A stretch of 64,000 nucleotides of DNA from Octopus vulgaris. Taxonomy: Eukaryota. This document shows positions 42,882 to 58,210 of the stretch, in pieces. A program made the position numbers and the translations under genes. The stretch covers positions 116,498,001 to 116,562,000 of the forward strand of contig OX597816.1 in assembly GCA_951406725.2 (NCBI GenBank), in the 5' to 3' direction. The notes under the pieces were generated by a model. It did no database searches. It saw only the letters and a list, made by a program, of their open reading frames with translations, and was not told the origin of the DNA. The first letter of the stretch is position 1; every line of letters begins with the position of its first letter.

Positions 42882-44173
42882 CGAGGGGCGTTCAATAAGT
42901 AATGCCCCTGACCCTCGTCCCATAGCAGTAGAGCAACGAAACTTGGCACAGTTATTAGTCTTTTTCTACATAGGAACCACTCAGAGTTACACATTTCTCC
43001 CATCTTTTGATGCAACTCTGGAGACCGTTTTTGTAGAAGACCCCAGCTTGGTCCTCCAACCACGACGTGACTTCAGAAATCAAGGCTGCATCATCTGGGA
43101 AACGCTTTCCTTTCAAAAACAACTTCATGGCTAAGAAGAGGTGAAAATCAGAGGGTGCAAGGTCAGGAGAGTAGGGGGATGGGAGAGGAGTTCATAGCCG
43201 CACGCCTGTGCTTCTGATCTGGCGACACGCGAGTTGTAGACCGGAGCGTTGTCCTGCAGGAGGAGGATGCCTTTGCTGATCTTGCCCCGCCTCTTGATTT
43301 TGATAGCTTCTCTTAATTTCCTCAAAAGTGAAGCATAATAGGCTCCTGTAATTGTGGTACCCTTTGCCAGGAAATCTGTCATCACTACTCCGTCCTGGTC
43401 CCAGAAGACTGTGAGCATGACCTTGCCAGCGGAGGGCTGCACCCTTGCCTTCTTTGGAGGAGGTGAGTCACGGAGCTTCCACTGCATTGACTGGGCTTTG
43501 GTCTCTGGATCATAGTGATGGACCCAGGTTTCATCCTGTGTGATCAGTCTTTTGAAAAATTTTGACTCAACTTCTTGGCACATCTCCAAATTCATCCTCG
43601 AGCACTCAACGCGTTCTTGCTTCTGGAAAGGTGTGAGCAACCTGGGAATCCATCTGGCAGACACCATTTGCATATGCAAATGGTCATGAATGATAGTTTC
43701 CACAGACCCGGTACTAAACTTGACCTCATGCGCTATTTGGCGAATAGTTATGCGTCGATCTTCCAAAATGGCAGCCTCAACTTGACGGACAGATGCCTCA
43801 TCAATGGCAGAAGGGGGGCGACCAGATCTGGGAGCTGTTTCCACAGAGTTCCAACCATGTTTGAATTCACGATGCCAGCGTTTTACAAGGTCATATGATG
43901 GGGCATCATCACCATAAGTTACTTTCATTTCATCAAAAGTCTCCCGTGGTGTGCGTCCTTTCAAATACAAAAACCGGATCACTGCTTGACACTCAACAGT
44001 CTCCATTTCACACTTGACTCAGTTCAAACACCTGTATATCAGAAACCACAATTAGTTCAGAGCTGTAATTTTCCACCTAATCTATAGAGATATAAATAAT
44101 TGCACATGTAAATTTTCAGCTAGATCAAACAAATGCAAGTGGGTCAGAGGCATTACTTATTGAACGCCCCTCA
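42882..44173 (-). mobile_element. Full-length mariner (DD34D) transposon, 1292 bp
   Basis: TIRs cgaggggcgttcaataagtaatgcccctgaccc and gggtcagaggcattacttattgaacgcccctca (2 mismatches in 33); TA on both sides. Confidence 0.97.
42955..44006 (-). pseudogene. Mariner transposase with a single 1-bp frameshift near 43175 (about 350 aa if repaired)
   Basis: HTH, RSGRP, WIPRLL, TQDETW and LQDNAP. Adding one C restores HPPYSPDLAPSDFHLF..KRWEKCV..GSYVEKD followed by a stop. Confidence 0.93.
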
Positions 44174-44619
44174 TAAGCCTATTTCTTCCTTTTGCTTAAC
44201 TCGAACACATTGTCTAATCTGCTGTTTCCTTTTTACGAAGATAGCAGTGTCTTGAGGGTGAAAGAAACAGCATCCAAGCATCTCCCTCAAATCACCTCTA
44301 GGCATTCTCACTAACAAGCGTTCAAACACCTTTGAATTCGTAACACATAACCATATTTCTTAACTAACAGTTTCATATGAGATCCTTTAATGAAGATTTG
44401 GACACTATAAAACGATTGTTGACTCTAATTAGACGTGTTGAAAAAGTGGGGCCAAAATCTTTTAATATTCTGTGATTTCAATCTGCACTAGCCCCAAGTT
44501 GGTTGGCTTTCTGTTGTTGCCAGTCTTCCTTTAAAATATTTTGCCAAGGACTGACCAGCTTTGACTGATAGATGACACACACACACACATATATATATGT
44601 GTGTGTGTGTGTGTGTATA

Positions 44620-44995
44620 TTCTTTTGTTTCAGTCATTTGATTGCGGCCATGCTGGAGCACCGCCTTTAGTCGAACAAATCGACTCCGGGACTTCTTTGT
44701 AAGCCTAGTACTTATTCTATAGGTCTATTTTTTCCAGCGAGCATCGGTTGTCAAGCGATTGTGGAGGGACAAACACAGACACACAAATACATACATACAT
44801 ACATAAATGCATACATACATACATACATACATGCATACATACATACGAGGGGCTTCTTTCACTTTACATCTACTAAATCCCCATACAAGGCTTTGTTCGG
44901 CCCGTAGAAGGCACTTTCCCAAGATGCTACTCAGTGGGACTGAACAACCTGGAACCATGTGGTTGGGAAACAAGCCTCTTGCCTCACGGCCACTC
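44620..44995 (-). mobile_element. Second SINE family with internal microsatellite
   Basis: Reverse complement of 55945-56360. Confidence 0.8.
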
Positions 44996-45221
44996 TCGTG
45001 CCTATATATATCATCTTGGATAACATCGGTGATGTGAATAGAGGAGGTTGATATGCGTGGGCAACTGTTGGTCTTCCATAAACAACTTTGCCTAGACCTG
45101 TGCCTCGGAGGGTAACTTTCTAGGTGTGATTCCATGGTTATTCATGACCGAAGAGGGTCTTTACCCTTCACATACACACACTTATACACAGTTGACAATT
45201 GTGGAACACGACTGTAACTAC

Positions 45222-45263
45222 ATAAACCTGATGATCGCGTAACTCATGAAAGTACTAGTTTAT
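45222..45263 (+). ncRNA. Minimal type I hammerhead motif with canonical core
   Basis: ataaac CTGATGA tcgcgtaactcat GAAA gtac TA gtttat. Helix I is 6 bp; helix III is 1 bp with palindromic GTAC loop; helix II is weak. Confidence 0.65.
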
Positions 45264-46342
45264 TGTAAAATGTTAAAAATTGCAAATAATAAAGCGTAAA
45301 AATCAGACTAAGTTGGAGTTACATTGATTAATATATTATTTTATACAATAATTACACTGAGTATTTGATCCAACGCTCGTCTCTATGAATTTTGTGCTCT
45401 TTGCAACCCTGTGATTCAACGAGCTTTAGTATTCTTTGATTTTGTGTCGTTTTGTGTTATCCCTCTTTTTCACTCTTTCCTCTATTGTTACTGTTTCACC
45501 TTTGATTAAACCGCTTGGTTTAGTGTTATTCTTTGCGATTTTTTATCTAGTGTTCTTCAGTATTCCGCTATGGTTTATCTACCCTCTTTTGTCATTTCAT
45601 GATACCCATCCTAGTAGCTTTTGATCCAATAGTTTGCTGTGCTCTTCCTTTATGCCTCCCATTGTCAAAAAGTGGTATTCGATATTATCTACTTCTGTTA
45701 TCTTTTGGTATAGTGCTGTACTGAGCTACGCTGTTTATTTTCTCTGCTCTTGTCATCTTTCTCGTTGTTCATTTCATATTCTTATGCGTTACACTTTTGC
45801 CAACCCTGTGATATGGCATTCTATTTCATCCTTCTTTTACATCTTGTCATCAGGAGTTCTATGAATTACCAATTTTAGCATGGATACATATAATGATGTA
45901 GATAAACTTAAATAGTCGTCACGGTGGAACTGTATAATATTAACTCAGAGATTTCATACTATTTTACAATTTTCTCAAATACATATACGCTTAGTATACA
46001 ACATACAAAGCTCATATATTATCTCCACACGCATATACCCGCGCTCACCAACACACACACACACACACACTACGTATGCACACATACTAATAAACACACG
46101 TGTACAAAGGATTATATTTTTAAAAAAAAGTAAAATTGAACAGAAGTTGTTTTAGAGATAAATTTATTAAAAAGGTTTGCTTTTTGTTTTGTTTTTTTCT
46201 TTGTTTTTTTTTCGCTCCTTTTGCTTGATTTTGGTTAAAAATGTGATTTAAACGCCAATCTACTCTTTAAACACTTAACTAAACTTGTGCATACATGCAC
46301 ATGTATATACATATAGATATATGAGTATACACACACACACAT

Positions 46343-46396
<54 letters not shown>

Positions 46397-46456
46397 TCAC
46401 ATATATATATATGTATGTAAATATATGCATATAAATATATATATATGTGTATGTAC

Positions 46457-46558
<102 letters not shown>

Positions 46559-47267
46559 GCAAACACACACTCATAATAATCTTTAGTAGCATTGAAATGT
46601 GATATAAAACAATGTATTTTATCTTGAAACGTAGAAATTGTCAGATGCATTTCTTTCAAGTGGTAAACACAAGGAAGCGTCAGGAAATGGGTGTGAGATG
46701 CAGTTCTGGAAGCATCTATCGACAGATAAGGTGTTAAAATTTTGAGTGCATCCATCTTCTTTATGATAAAGAGTAGAATTTGACAATTAACTTAAATCAA
46801 AAAACAAAAAATATTTCACCTTCGTAAAGGTAACTGTGCGTGCGCACGCACACACACACACATCTAGACACATGAATGTGTGTGTGTGTGTTGTGTGTGT
46901 GTGTGTGTGTATTAATGCGACTTTATTGGTGTGAATCTGTGTGACTTTGCATATAAGTGTGTATATGTGATATTATAACTTCGCACAATTTGTTTTAAAT
47001 ATACTTAACTAGGAGAAGGTTAATTCCAACTTTGTTAAAATTAAATACAAAATAAGTTAAATGTAACGATAGCAATTATAACTTCACATTTAATATCGTA
47101 TTCTCCTAATCCATGTGTGTATGCATGTATCTATGCACGTGTGTATACATATATATATACATTTATGTGTGTACACATATATACACTAATCTTTACATAT
47201 GTACACATGCACACGCATTTATATACATATGCACACACATACACATATATATATATACATATGAAGT

Positions 47268-47302
<35 letters not shown>

Positions 47303-47328
47303 GCAGGCAGACAGACAGACAGACAGAC

Positions 47329-48563
<1,235 letters not shown>

Positions 48564-49573
48564 TACAAGGTATTAAAGAGACCATTAGCAACACAGGCTT
48601 AGCAAGCCAAAAAGCCCATTGAAAGTCACGTTACATAGAAATAAGTTACCGACTGGATTGTGTATATATTATTTCTATGTAAATGAACTATATTTTTAAT
48701 GCCTTCCCTTTTTAACGAATTAATTGCATTGAACTTGATATTTCTCGTTTGTATTAAGCATTCTCTCCACTTCATTTCCACATTTTGCAAGATAGAATAA
48801 TTCTTGATGCCAGTGCGAAGTATTTATTAAAAGAAAATTATATAACTGCTTCCTTTCGCATATTCTTTATTACGTGCCTCTCCTTGTTCTGACGATCATG
48901 TTATCATCTTTTTTTCTTTCTTTTTTTTTTTTTTTTTGGAAGCCGGTGGTAACAGTATATTGGATATTTCTGGGAAGTAAGGGTACCTTTTCGTTTTTGT
49001 ATTTTTCGTTTTGTTTTGTTGTTTTTTTCTTTTTTGCACCGTACCGACTCTTTGTATTGTCTGTAATTAACCTTACTGGTGTAGCCATCCTAATACGTTG
49101 ATGTTTATTTGTTGTCCGGGGACTAGGTATTGATAGTAAGCACTTTATTTCCAAGTGACGTGGTTTTGTCTTAAAGTATCTCTCCCCTTTAGCTATGCTA
49201 CACTTACACAACACAGTTAATATTCCTTTTGAAAAACAGACGATTTCTGCGCGTTTACATCTCCAACAAAAACATGGACGGGGATCGAACAGTTCAAGCG
49301 GCGAGTTTCATTCAGGACTGGCAATGGTGACACAATATGATTATGCTACCAGGATTTCAAGTAGTTTCACTCCATAAGTATTTGTTGAATTAACAATTTA
49401 GCGAAGATGCATATCATCAACCAAGAATGAATCTTGGAACTTTCAATCCACTAGGAGACTTTCTCTGTGTGTGTGTGTTTGGGGGGTGTATGTGTGTGTG
49501 CTGTACTCTTCCGTGATGGTAAGATCAAGATGACAGATAAATGTTATTTAATAAATGCAATATATATTTTTAT

Positions 49574-49654
49574 GTGCTACAATTAGCTTCATGCGCTGAG
49601 AGCATGCCAAAGAATATTTTAACACGTCTGCTGTCCTAGCAAATCATCAGGCAC
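49574..49654 (-). ncRNA. Degenerate type I hammerhead motif with long helix II
   Basis: Minus strand: gtgc CTGATGA tttgct..agca..tgct..agcgcat GAAG ctaattg TA gcac. Confidence 0.5.
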
Positions 49655-50147
49655 TGCCAACATGGCCACGCTCATTAGGCAATCATAGGTAGATATGCAT
49701 AAACACGTGCACATAAGTGTAGCACAACACACACATACACGTGTGTGTATACCAATTCCAGGGACGTTTTCTTCATCTCGTTATATAATGTGGTTCAGAT
49801 TCTACACTTCAGTCTATCCTCCAATCTGATGATTGGAGCCATATTGCGTAGACTATAGAACTGATTACTGGGCTCTTAACACAATGGTAACGAATCGTGC
49901 ATGCTTACATATCCTTAATTACACACATACGTTCACACACAAACAGACACACACACAAACACAAACACACACACACGTACGCACGCGCGCGAGCACTCCT
50001 TTCATTTCTGCTTATATTTGGGACTTCAGAATACTTCATATTAACTTTAGTATTCTGATGTCATTAATCACACGTGGGCCAAGCTGAATTTACTTCCTTT
50101 TTAATATAAACGATACATATAAAGCAAACCAAGCATTATACAGTATA

Positions 50148-50310
50148 CGAGGTTCGTTTCAGAAGTTTTCCGACTTTTTCAGGAGAGACATTTATTAATT
50201 TCAAAAATGTACAAAACATTCATCTCCTTCAAAGTAAGATCTGATTTGAACTTACTTGTTGCATCGCTCCACTCACTTCGTGTTAGCCCTGTAGAAGTCG
50301 CCCACAGTGA
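50148..50310 (-). mobile_element. Mariner 3'-end fragment
   Basis: TA plus cgaggttcgtttcagaagtt TIR-like end; minus frame DFYR..VERCNK..YFEGD resembles a mariner C terminus. Confidence 0.6.
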
Positions 50311-50478
50311 AGGGCTTTTCTTTTAAATAGTTGAATCAACCACGTTTCGTACATATTTGACCGATCTCTGTCAAATTGCTAAATTGCTACATAGAGTCAA
50401 AACACCTGTAAATATAAACTTACACTCAACATGGATACAAACATACTCGTGTATCAGTATATCTTTGCATGCCTAAGT

Positions 50479-50533
<55 letters not shown>

Positions 50534-52140
50534 TGCACGCACGTATGTACGTATATCTTCAGCGAGATAACACGCTACTCCGCGTCTCACGTGATACTCA
50601 CAGAGGATTTGATGTTCTATTCCGAACAAATAGGATCTCTGATTTGTGAGAGATTCAGTACACTATCCAAATTCAAGCAAAAATGAATGCAGTCTGGATT
50701 AAAGTTGCTTCAACATAATATCTCTTTAGAAATAGCAGGGGAAAACCCATGCATGTATCGTTTTTTTAAAATGGAATATTGAATAATGTAGTCCAAGGCT
50801 AACCATTATCTTCTCCTTCATCTCAGAAATAAAAACGTGATGATTTAGCTTGGAAGTCCTCTAGTGATAGGTCTGACCGATCAGGGTATATATAGGGCTA
50901 AACAAAAAGCATAACAACCGCAGTGGATCTGAAACTAAAACCCTTGAATTGCAAATCTTATAATACGCGCAACTTAAACATTCTGTATTCTTTCAATACA
51001 AATGGTAGAATTTGAAAGTGAATCAATAATCTAGTATTTTAACCATTTAGTTAAATTATTGTATTATCTCACCCAGTCTATATAATTGTGTGTGTGTGTG
51101 TGTGTGTGTGTTTGGATAGGAATATATGTGTTCGTTTTGAAATTTATAGTAATTTTATAATATAACTTTCATCAAATCTAGTTTATCTTTATTTAAGATA
51201 GCTTACCTAAGAACACAGCTCCAAATAATCAATCTATCATGGATTGTATTTAATTTAAGAGTTTTTAAAAAATTATATACATTTTCTTTTAGAAAAAGAA
51301 AAATTTCCATCACTTTTTTATCGCAATAAAAAATATATAAAATATATAATTATCTTATACTTTCTAATTTAAGGTGAATAATTATTCTTGATGGAATTTC
51401 TAGTGAACGTAGAAAAAAAAGTTAGACTAATAGTTATAGAAGCATGCAAACTTTATGAGAAAGTGAATTTCCAACATCTCAAGAAATATAGACAAATTAA
51501 GAGAAATGTGGTGTAGGTTTTTTTGGCTACTGAATATTTTAAAGTTTCAGATTAGATAAAATATATATATATAGTTTGATCAATAAAACACTTGAAATAC
51601 ACTTGAACTTCATATAATCAAGCCTTAGAGGGTACTAAATGAGGTAAAAGAAGAAATGTTTGCAGTTTCAAACCGCAGGAAAGTACACTGAAAATATATG
51701 TAATAGGTATCGACACAGGAAAATTTGCTATGTATGCTTTCTCTGAGCTGAAATCCGGTTTAATATTATTGATATAGTGAAACAAAAATAAGTATATTAT
51801 TATTTGAGAAGAAAGGTGATGACAATTCTTCTCGACGATGGTAGGGGAGGTAATTCTGTAATTAAAGTAGGCATGGAGTGGGAAATTAGGTTTATCTTTG
51901 GTAAGTTCAGTAAAACTTCTGGTGTTTTGTTCTTATAAGATCTTTACAGTGAAGTGTAATCTAACACATCATGTATCTAAATCTTAGAACTGAGCGGATT
52001 TAGTTTTGTGTAAAACAAAAAAACTGGAAGAAAGGAAGCTGATACGGTAACTCATGAATAACCTCAATTCTCACAAGAATATTCATAAGTAGAATAAAAT
52101 AACAAATTTTCTTTTTCTCCGGTATATTGACGTCACGCAT

Positions 52141-52330
52141 TTGAACATATTTCCTCTACCAGCATATGTGATGTACTCCTCGTCGTTGTTTTTCTCTATG
52201 TTCAGACACTTCCAATGGGTGTTGAACAATGAGCTTTTTTCAGTGAAAAATTTACGCAATATATCTACTGTGTCATTCAAGTTTATGTCCATTCTTTTGA
52301 ACGTCCGTGCAGGAAAAGAAAGATAGTCAC
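52141..52330 (-). pseudogene. Gypsy-type LTR retrotransposon gag fragment
   Basis: DTVDILRKFFTEKSSLFNTHWKCLNIEKNNDEEYITYAGRGN resembles the invertebrate Gypsy gag motif SLFN.RW.CL...K...ED...YA..VN (recognised from memory, not searched). Confidence 0.55.
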
Positions 52331-52391
52331 GCGAGGAAAACAAAAATGGACGATGGTCACGTGTGAGCAAGGAGAGAGAAAAAAAGAGGGG

Positions 52392-52447
<56 letters not shown>

Positions 52448-52942
52448 GATGGATGGATGGATGAAAGTGAAAGAGTGCTTACTTGCGATTATAGCTATGC
52501 TGACTTAAGAAGTGGCTTTGTTCGAAACAACAACAATAACAACAATCTATTAACAATATTCTTTACATTGCATAACTACAGCAGTTTCTAAACTATGATC
52601 ACTTAACCGTCTCATGCTCTTCATTGATATTGGAATATAATATTGGAATGACAAGTTGTCTCCTAACGGCACAGTAGTGGCTATAATAAAATGAAGAAAA
52701 TGAAATGCCGTCTATGTGATTTCGTTTCTGCTAGGTCGTGCGACGATAAACAATCTGTCTTATTCGTTCGTGCGTTTCTCTATGTTTACATAAAGTGGCC
52801 ATAGTTTAAAATATTCGATCTTCTCGCAACACAGAATGGAAATTATGAGAATAAGTATCTCGCTGTTTTAAATCGTAGTGATGGGTGGTCACAGCTGGAA
52901 CACGTTTGATTATTGATCTGCTGAACTACGGCTAAACAACAA

Positions 52943-53580
52943 CTGCTGCTGCCTCGAGCGTCCATCATTGACAAAACCAAACGAAGTCGAAATCACATAA
53001 ACTGGTAGTCTCAGCGCTGAAGATAGCGGGGATTTATCTTCTCGCTAGTGATATAAACCAAAGTGCATTTTGTACGAAAAAAGCCAATATGGGAGTTTCT
53101 TTCATGGTAACTATCGCAGTATAGTTTGTTCAAACAGAACATCCACGTTCAAGTGGGGATAGATATTGCCTTTCGATATTGATACTGACTTTGTCGCTAT
53201 TTTTTAACAAGCTAACTGGCTAATCACGACACCAGCGCCTGTTCTGACACCGTCAAACTATATGTCGCTGGCGGGGAGATGAGTCGCTGCTACCTCTAGC
53301 GGTCGGATATCCATAATTGACAAAAAACCAAACAAGGTCGAAATCATGTGATCTGGTGGTCTCAGCGCTGGCGGTCTCGGCGCTGGCGGTCTCGGCGCTG
53401 GCGGTCTCGGCGCTGGCGGTCTCGGCGCTGGTGGTCTCGGCGCTGGAGGTAAGGGGAGTTTATCTCCCCGCTAGCGATATAAACAAGAGTGCATTTTGCA
53501 CAAGAAGGCTAATATGAGAGTTTCTCTCACAGTAACTAAGAGATAGATATTACCTGTCGGTATTAGTACTGCCTCTTTTG
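52943..53580. repeat. Diverged tandem duplication (~340-bp unit) with a 15-bp minisatellite x6 at 53355-53444 in copy 2
   Basis: Shared ttgacaaaa..ccaaac..gtcgaaatca, gtctcagcgctg, gatataaac..agtgcattttg and gatagatatt; unit ggcggtctcggcgct. Confidence 0.85.
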
Positions 53581-54374
53581 CAAATATATATCTTTTAATT
53601 ATATTATTTACGTTGCTTCACCACAACAATTTCTAAACTGTGGCCAGTTCTACTTTCTCATAGATACCATTTATACTGAAATGACAGTTTGTCATCCCAC
53701 AGCAGAATAATGCCTGGACTAAAAACGGAGAAATTGAAATGCTGTGTATCAATAAGAAGAATACTTGAAATGAAATGCAAATAAAGCAAAAATTGATTCT
53801 GAAAGGTTCCAGCATATATTTGGAAAAATATACAAAAACAAATGTAATTTTTCAGCCCAAGGTTAATCTCGATTCTACAGTCCTATAATCAAAGGCATTC
53901 CAAACGTGACTACTTCATCTTTTCCATATTTTTCCTTTACGTTTTTTTTTTCTGACATATTTACTTTCTAGAACTACATTTGTTTATCTAAAAGGAATAT
54001 TTGGACTGAAAACCTGTTCCAGAGAGAGATCGCGCAATGTGTAAGAACAAAACCATATAACAAAGGTGTTGTTTTAACGCAAGTACACCATTACTTAAAG
54101 CTCAACTCAGTTTTGCGAGATATATGTATATGCACAGTTGTGGGAGCAGGCCTCTATATATATCTGTATGTTAGTTCCTCTATGCATCCTGGATTCTTCT
54201 AGCATCAATTGATCACTATATTTCAAAACTGAACTTGTCTAAGAATGTTCTGTAAAGTTTTTCCTGAAATCCATAAAAGTCTATCGAATACCATTTGTGC
54301 AAAAATCAAGTTTTAAAAAATACATAAACCTAAACATATAAATATATATACACATATATATATATATTAGTATT

Positions 54375-54515
<141 letters not shown>

Positions 54516-55445
54516 TATATATATGCATGTATGTATGTATTTACGCACACACATATATATATAAGAGAGAGAGAGAGGTGCTTGCCTCTATAGATATTAT
54601 AGATAAAAATACATAAATATGAGTGCATGTTTATATTTATGCATATACGTAAGAACATGTGCATATCTATATAGGTAGGTGTGTGTGTGTTTATGTAGAT
54701 AAGTGAATGAGTGTGTACGTAGGTGTGTGTATGTAAGTGCTCATGTATATATTAGAGCATCCATGATTGTGCATGCATATACATATATGTATTTGCTTCT
54801 TTGTGTATGTTAGTTAATGTGTGCACATATTTGTCCGTGAAGATACGCGCAGATGCATGTTCATGTGTGTATGAACCACAAACACACACACAAAAAGAAA
54901 ATTATAGAATCAATACTATGCACTAGAAGACATGTAACAAATACATAAACTTCCCAAACAATACACATAAACAACAAATAAAAACAAAAACAAAACTACA
55001 TTCAAAAAGGTAAAAAAAAATATCATTATCAAAGAATAACATTTTCATACCAAACACTAAATGAATAGAAACCTGAAAATAAATTTTCATTTGGTGAAAA
55101 CAAAAGTGAGAGCTAAAGAACTGAGAGAGGAAGTGAAGCAAGGAACCGGTATAAGAGGAAATACACATTCTAAAATTAATTTTACTGGGATCCATTGTTT
55201 GGTAAGGAATTTATTCGAGTGATATACATTGACAGGTACCACCTTCTCCAAGTAGTCTATCTCTGTGAAAGTGTTTGGATGTGTGGAGGAAGGGTTATCT
55301 GCAAACATACGTTAGGATTTACTGAGTGATGTAAAGAGCGGGTAAAAAAAAATTTGACACACAGGTACGTGTGTGTGAATGTTTGTGTGTATGTTTATAT
55401 ATATGTATATATATTTATATACATGTATACACACATACACACACA

Positions 55446-55555
<110 letters not shown>

Positions 55556-55700
55556 TGTATGTATGTATGTATGTATACATATATATGTACTTATACATAT
55601 TTCTATACATATATATTATACATGCAGAAATATGTAACATTTTTATATCTATGTATATAAGTACATATATATATATATCTATTTATCTATCTTTCTCTTG

Positions 55701-55759
<59 letters not shown>

Positions 55760-55944
55760 AACACACACACACACACATATATATATATGTTTATTCTTAA
55801 ACAAAAATATTGTAGACAGTGACTTCGAAGTTTTGGCCAGGTAAACCATCGTCGAAACTTGTACTGTCCAAAAGTATATTAATCTAAAATTGTTTTCATT
55901 ATAACTGAACATAAAAACAAATCTTAACATAAATACACACACAC

Positions 55945-56360
<416 letters not shown>

Positions 56361-56844
56361 AAAAAAGACACGCACACGCATATATGCGTCGTGGCACTCC
56401 GTCGGTTACGACGACGAGGGTTCCAGTTGATCCGATAAACGGAACAGCCTGCTCGTGAAATTAATGTGCAAGTGGCTGAGCACTCCACAGACACGTGTAC
56501 CTTTAACGTAGTTCTCGGGGAGATTCAGCGTGACTCATATTGAGACGAGGCTGGCCCTTTGAAATATAGGTACAACAGAAACAGGAAGAAAGAGTGAGAG
56601 AAAGTTGTGGTGAAAGAGTACAGCAGGGTTCGCCACCACCTCCTACCGGAGCCTCGTGGATTTATAAGTTCACTCCTCTTCTCATTCAACTGTAAATTTG
56701 TTAAACAGAAACTGCTTTGAAGCCTTTCGTATTGATATATGTCTGTGTGCATGTGTGTGTACATGTGTGTGTGTATATATGTGTGTACCTGATTGTGCGA
56801 GTGTGTTCTTTGTGTATATGTGTTTGTGAATTCGTGTATAAATG

Positions 56845-57070
56845 TTCTTTCTTACTCTAGGCACAGAGCCTGAAATTTTGGGGCAGGGGGACAGTCGATT
56901 AGATCGACCCCAGTACGCAACTGGTTCTTAATTTATCGACCCCGAAAGGATGAAAGGCAAAGTCGACTTAGGGGGAATTTGAACACAAAATGTAAAAACA
57001 TACGAAATACCGCTAAGCATTTCACTAATGTTTCTTATTTCTTTATTACCCACAGGGGGCTAAACAAAGA
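56845..57070 (-). mobile_element. Main-family SINE with a tail-B fragment joined at the head
   Basis: Core motifs plus ttcttatttctttattacccacagggggctaaaca at ~57032-57066. Confidence 0.8.
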
Positions 57071-57288
57071 CAGCATGTTGATGATACTAAAACGATAGTC
57101 TTCCTGATAAACCTCAAGTTCTCCCATGCATGCAGATACACGCACGCACACACACATACAAACATGTGCATGCACACACATACACGCACGTACACACACA
57201 ATCAGATAACACACATATGTACGCATTCATACACACAAACATATATCAATACGAAAGACTTCTATACAGTTTCTGCTGGACAAATTTA

Positions 57289-57844
57289 GGATCTTTTCCT
57301 TTTGAACGGCACTTTTCAACACAATTTCTAGTTAAATAAACACTTTTAAACTTCGTATACTGGTAGAATGTGTTTATAAAATATCATTTTCTCTTGGCTT
57401 TATTGAGAAAATTCTATAGGTTGTAAGATATTTCGTCTTTAATTTCGAGCATTTCGGCAATTTTAACCAATCGCTGACCTCCATTTAGGTAAATAACATT
57501 CTGTGCATAATGAATATGTCCCTCCTTTAAGAAACAGATTGGGTTTATTTACATTTGTGAAGAAAAAAAGATACCTTTCCCCAACCCCTAATCCTAACCC
57601 TAACTCTAACCCTAAATCTAAAATAGATTGAAATGCAGTAGATCGATACTAGGGCCATAATTATGGGTGACATTTTCATTTGACACCGCTAGAAAAAATC
57701 CCATTTTCTGTAGTGGTGTCGTATGAAATTGTCACCCATAATTATAACCCAAGTATTGATCTATTGCATTTCAATCTATTTTAGATTTAGAGTTAGAGTT
57801 AGGTTAGATTGTGTTGAAAAGTGTCGTTCAAAAGGAAAAGATCC
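57289..57844. mobile_element. Non-autonomous Merlin-type DNA transposon (556 bp)
   Basis: 35-bp TIR ggatcttttccttttgaacggcacttttcaacaca / tgtgttgaaaagtgtcgttcaaaaggaaaagatcc starting GG; 8-bp TSD CAAATTTA at 57281-57288 and 57845-57852. The superfamily is inferred from the TSD and termini only. Confidence 0.85.
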
Positions 57845-57889
57845 CAAATTTACTGTTGACTGAGAAGGGGAATGAACTTCTTAATCACA

Positions 57890-58210
57890 GAGTTCTTCCA
57901 TCGGATGAATCCATAGCGTTACTTCATATTGACTTTTTTGTAGAATTTTCTCAGCAAGGATATTGGGGTGATTTGTCATTACTTTCCCCAACAGGATGGC
58001 CATTGTCCCACAAGGAGCTCATCCATCCAACGACAGGTCTTGATTTTAGCCCTACTGAGTGTCCCAAACACCCTCCTTACGAGAGAAGAAATCTGCTCAA
58101 CTGAGGGAGCCAGTTTAGTTGCCGACCACTCGGCTATAGTACAGATAGTACTGATTTACAACAGCAAGTCTCATTAGTTTTTAATGAGATTCCCGAATTT
58201 GCCTGAACCA
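57890..58210 (-). mobile_element. RTE-like 5'UTR relic
   Basis: Minus strand ggaaagtaatgacaaatcaccccaatatccttgctgagaaaatt resembles the RTE/BovB-type aatggcaaaccactccagtat.cttgc..agaaaa motif. Confidence 0.4.

Noticed and set aside
46700-46735. Minus-strand CTGTCGA plus agatgc/gcatct stem
   Set aside because: No GAAA follows; at most a deleted relic.
53317-53517. ORF with (VSALA)n repeats
   Set aside because: It is a product of the 15-bp minisatellite; the paralogous copy lacks it.
57581-57615. Telomere-like repeats as a chromosome end or fusion relic
   Set aside because: The few degenerate units are internal to a TIR element with TSDs.
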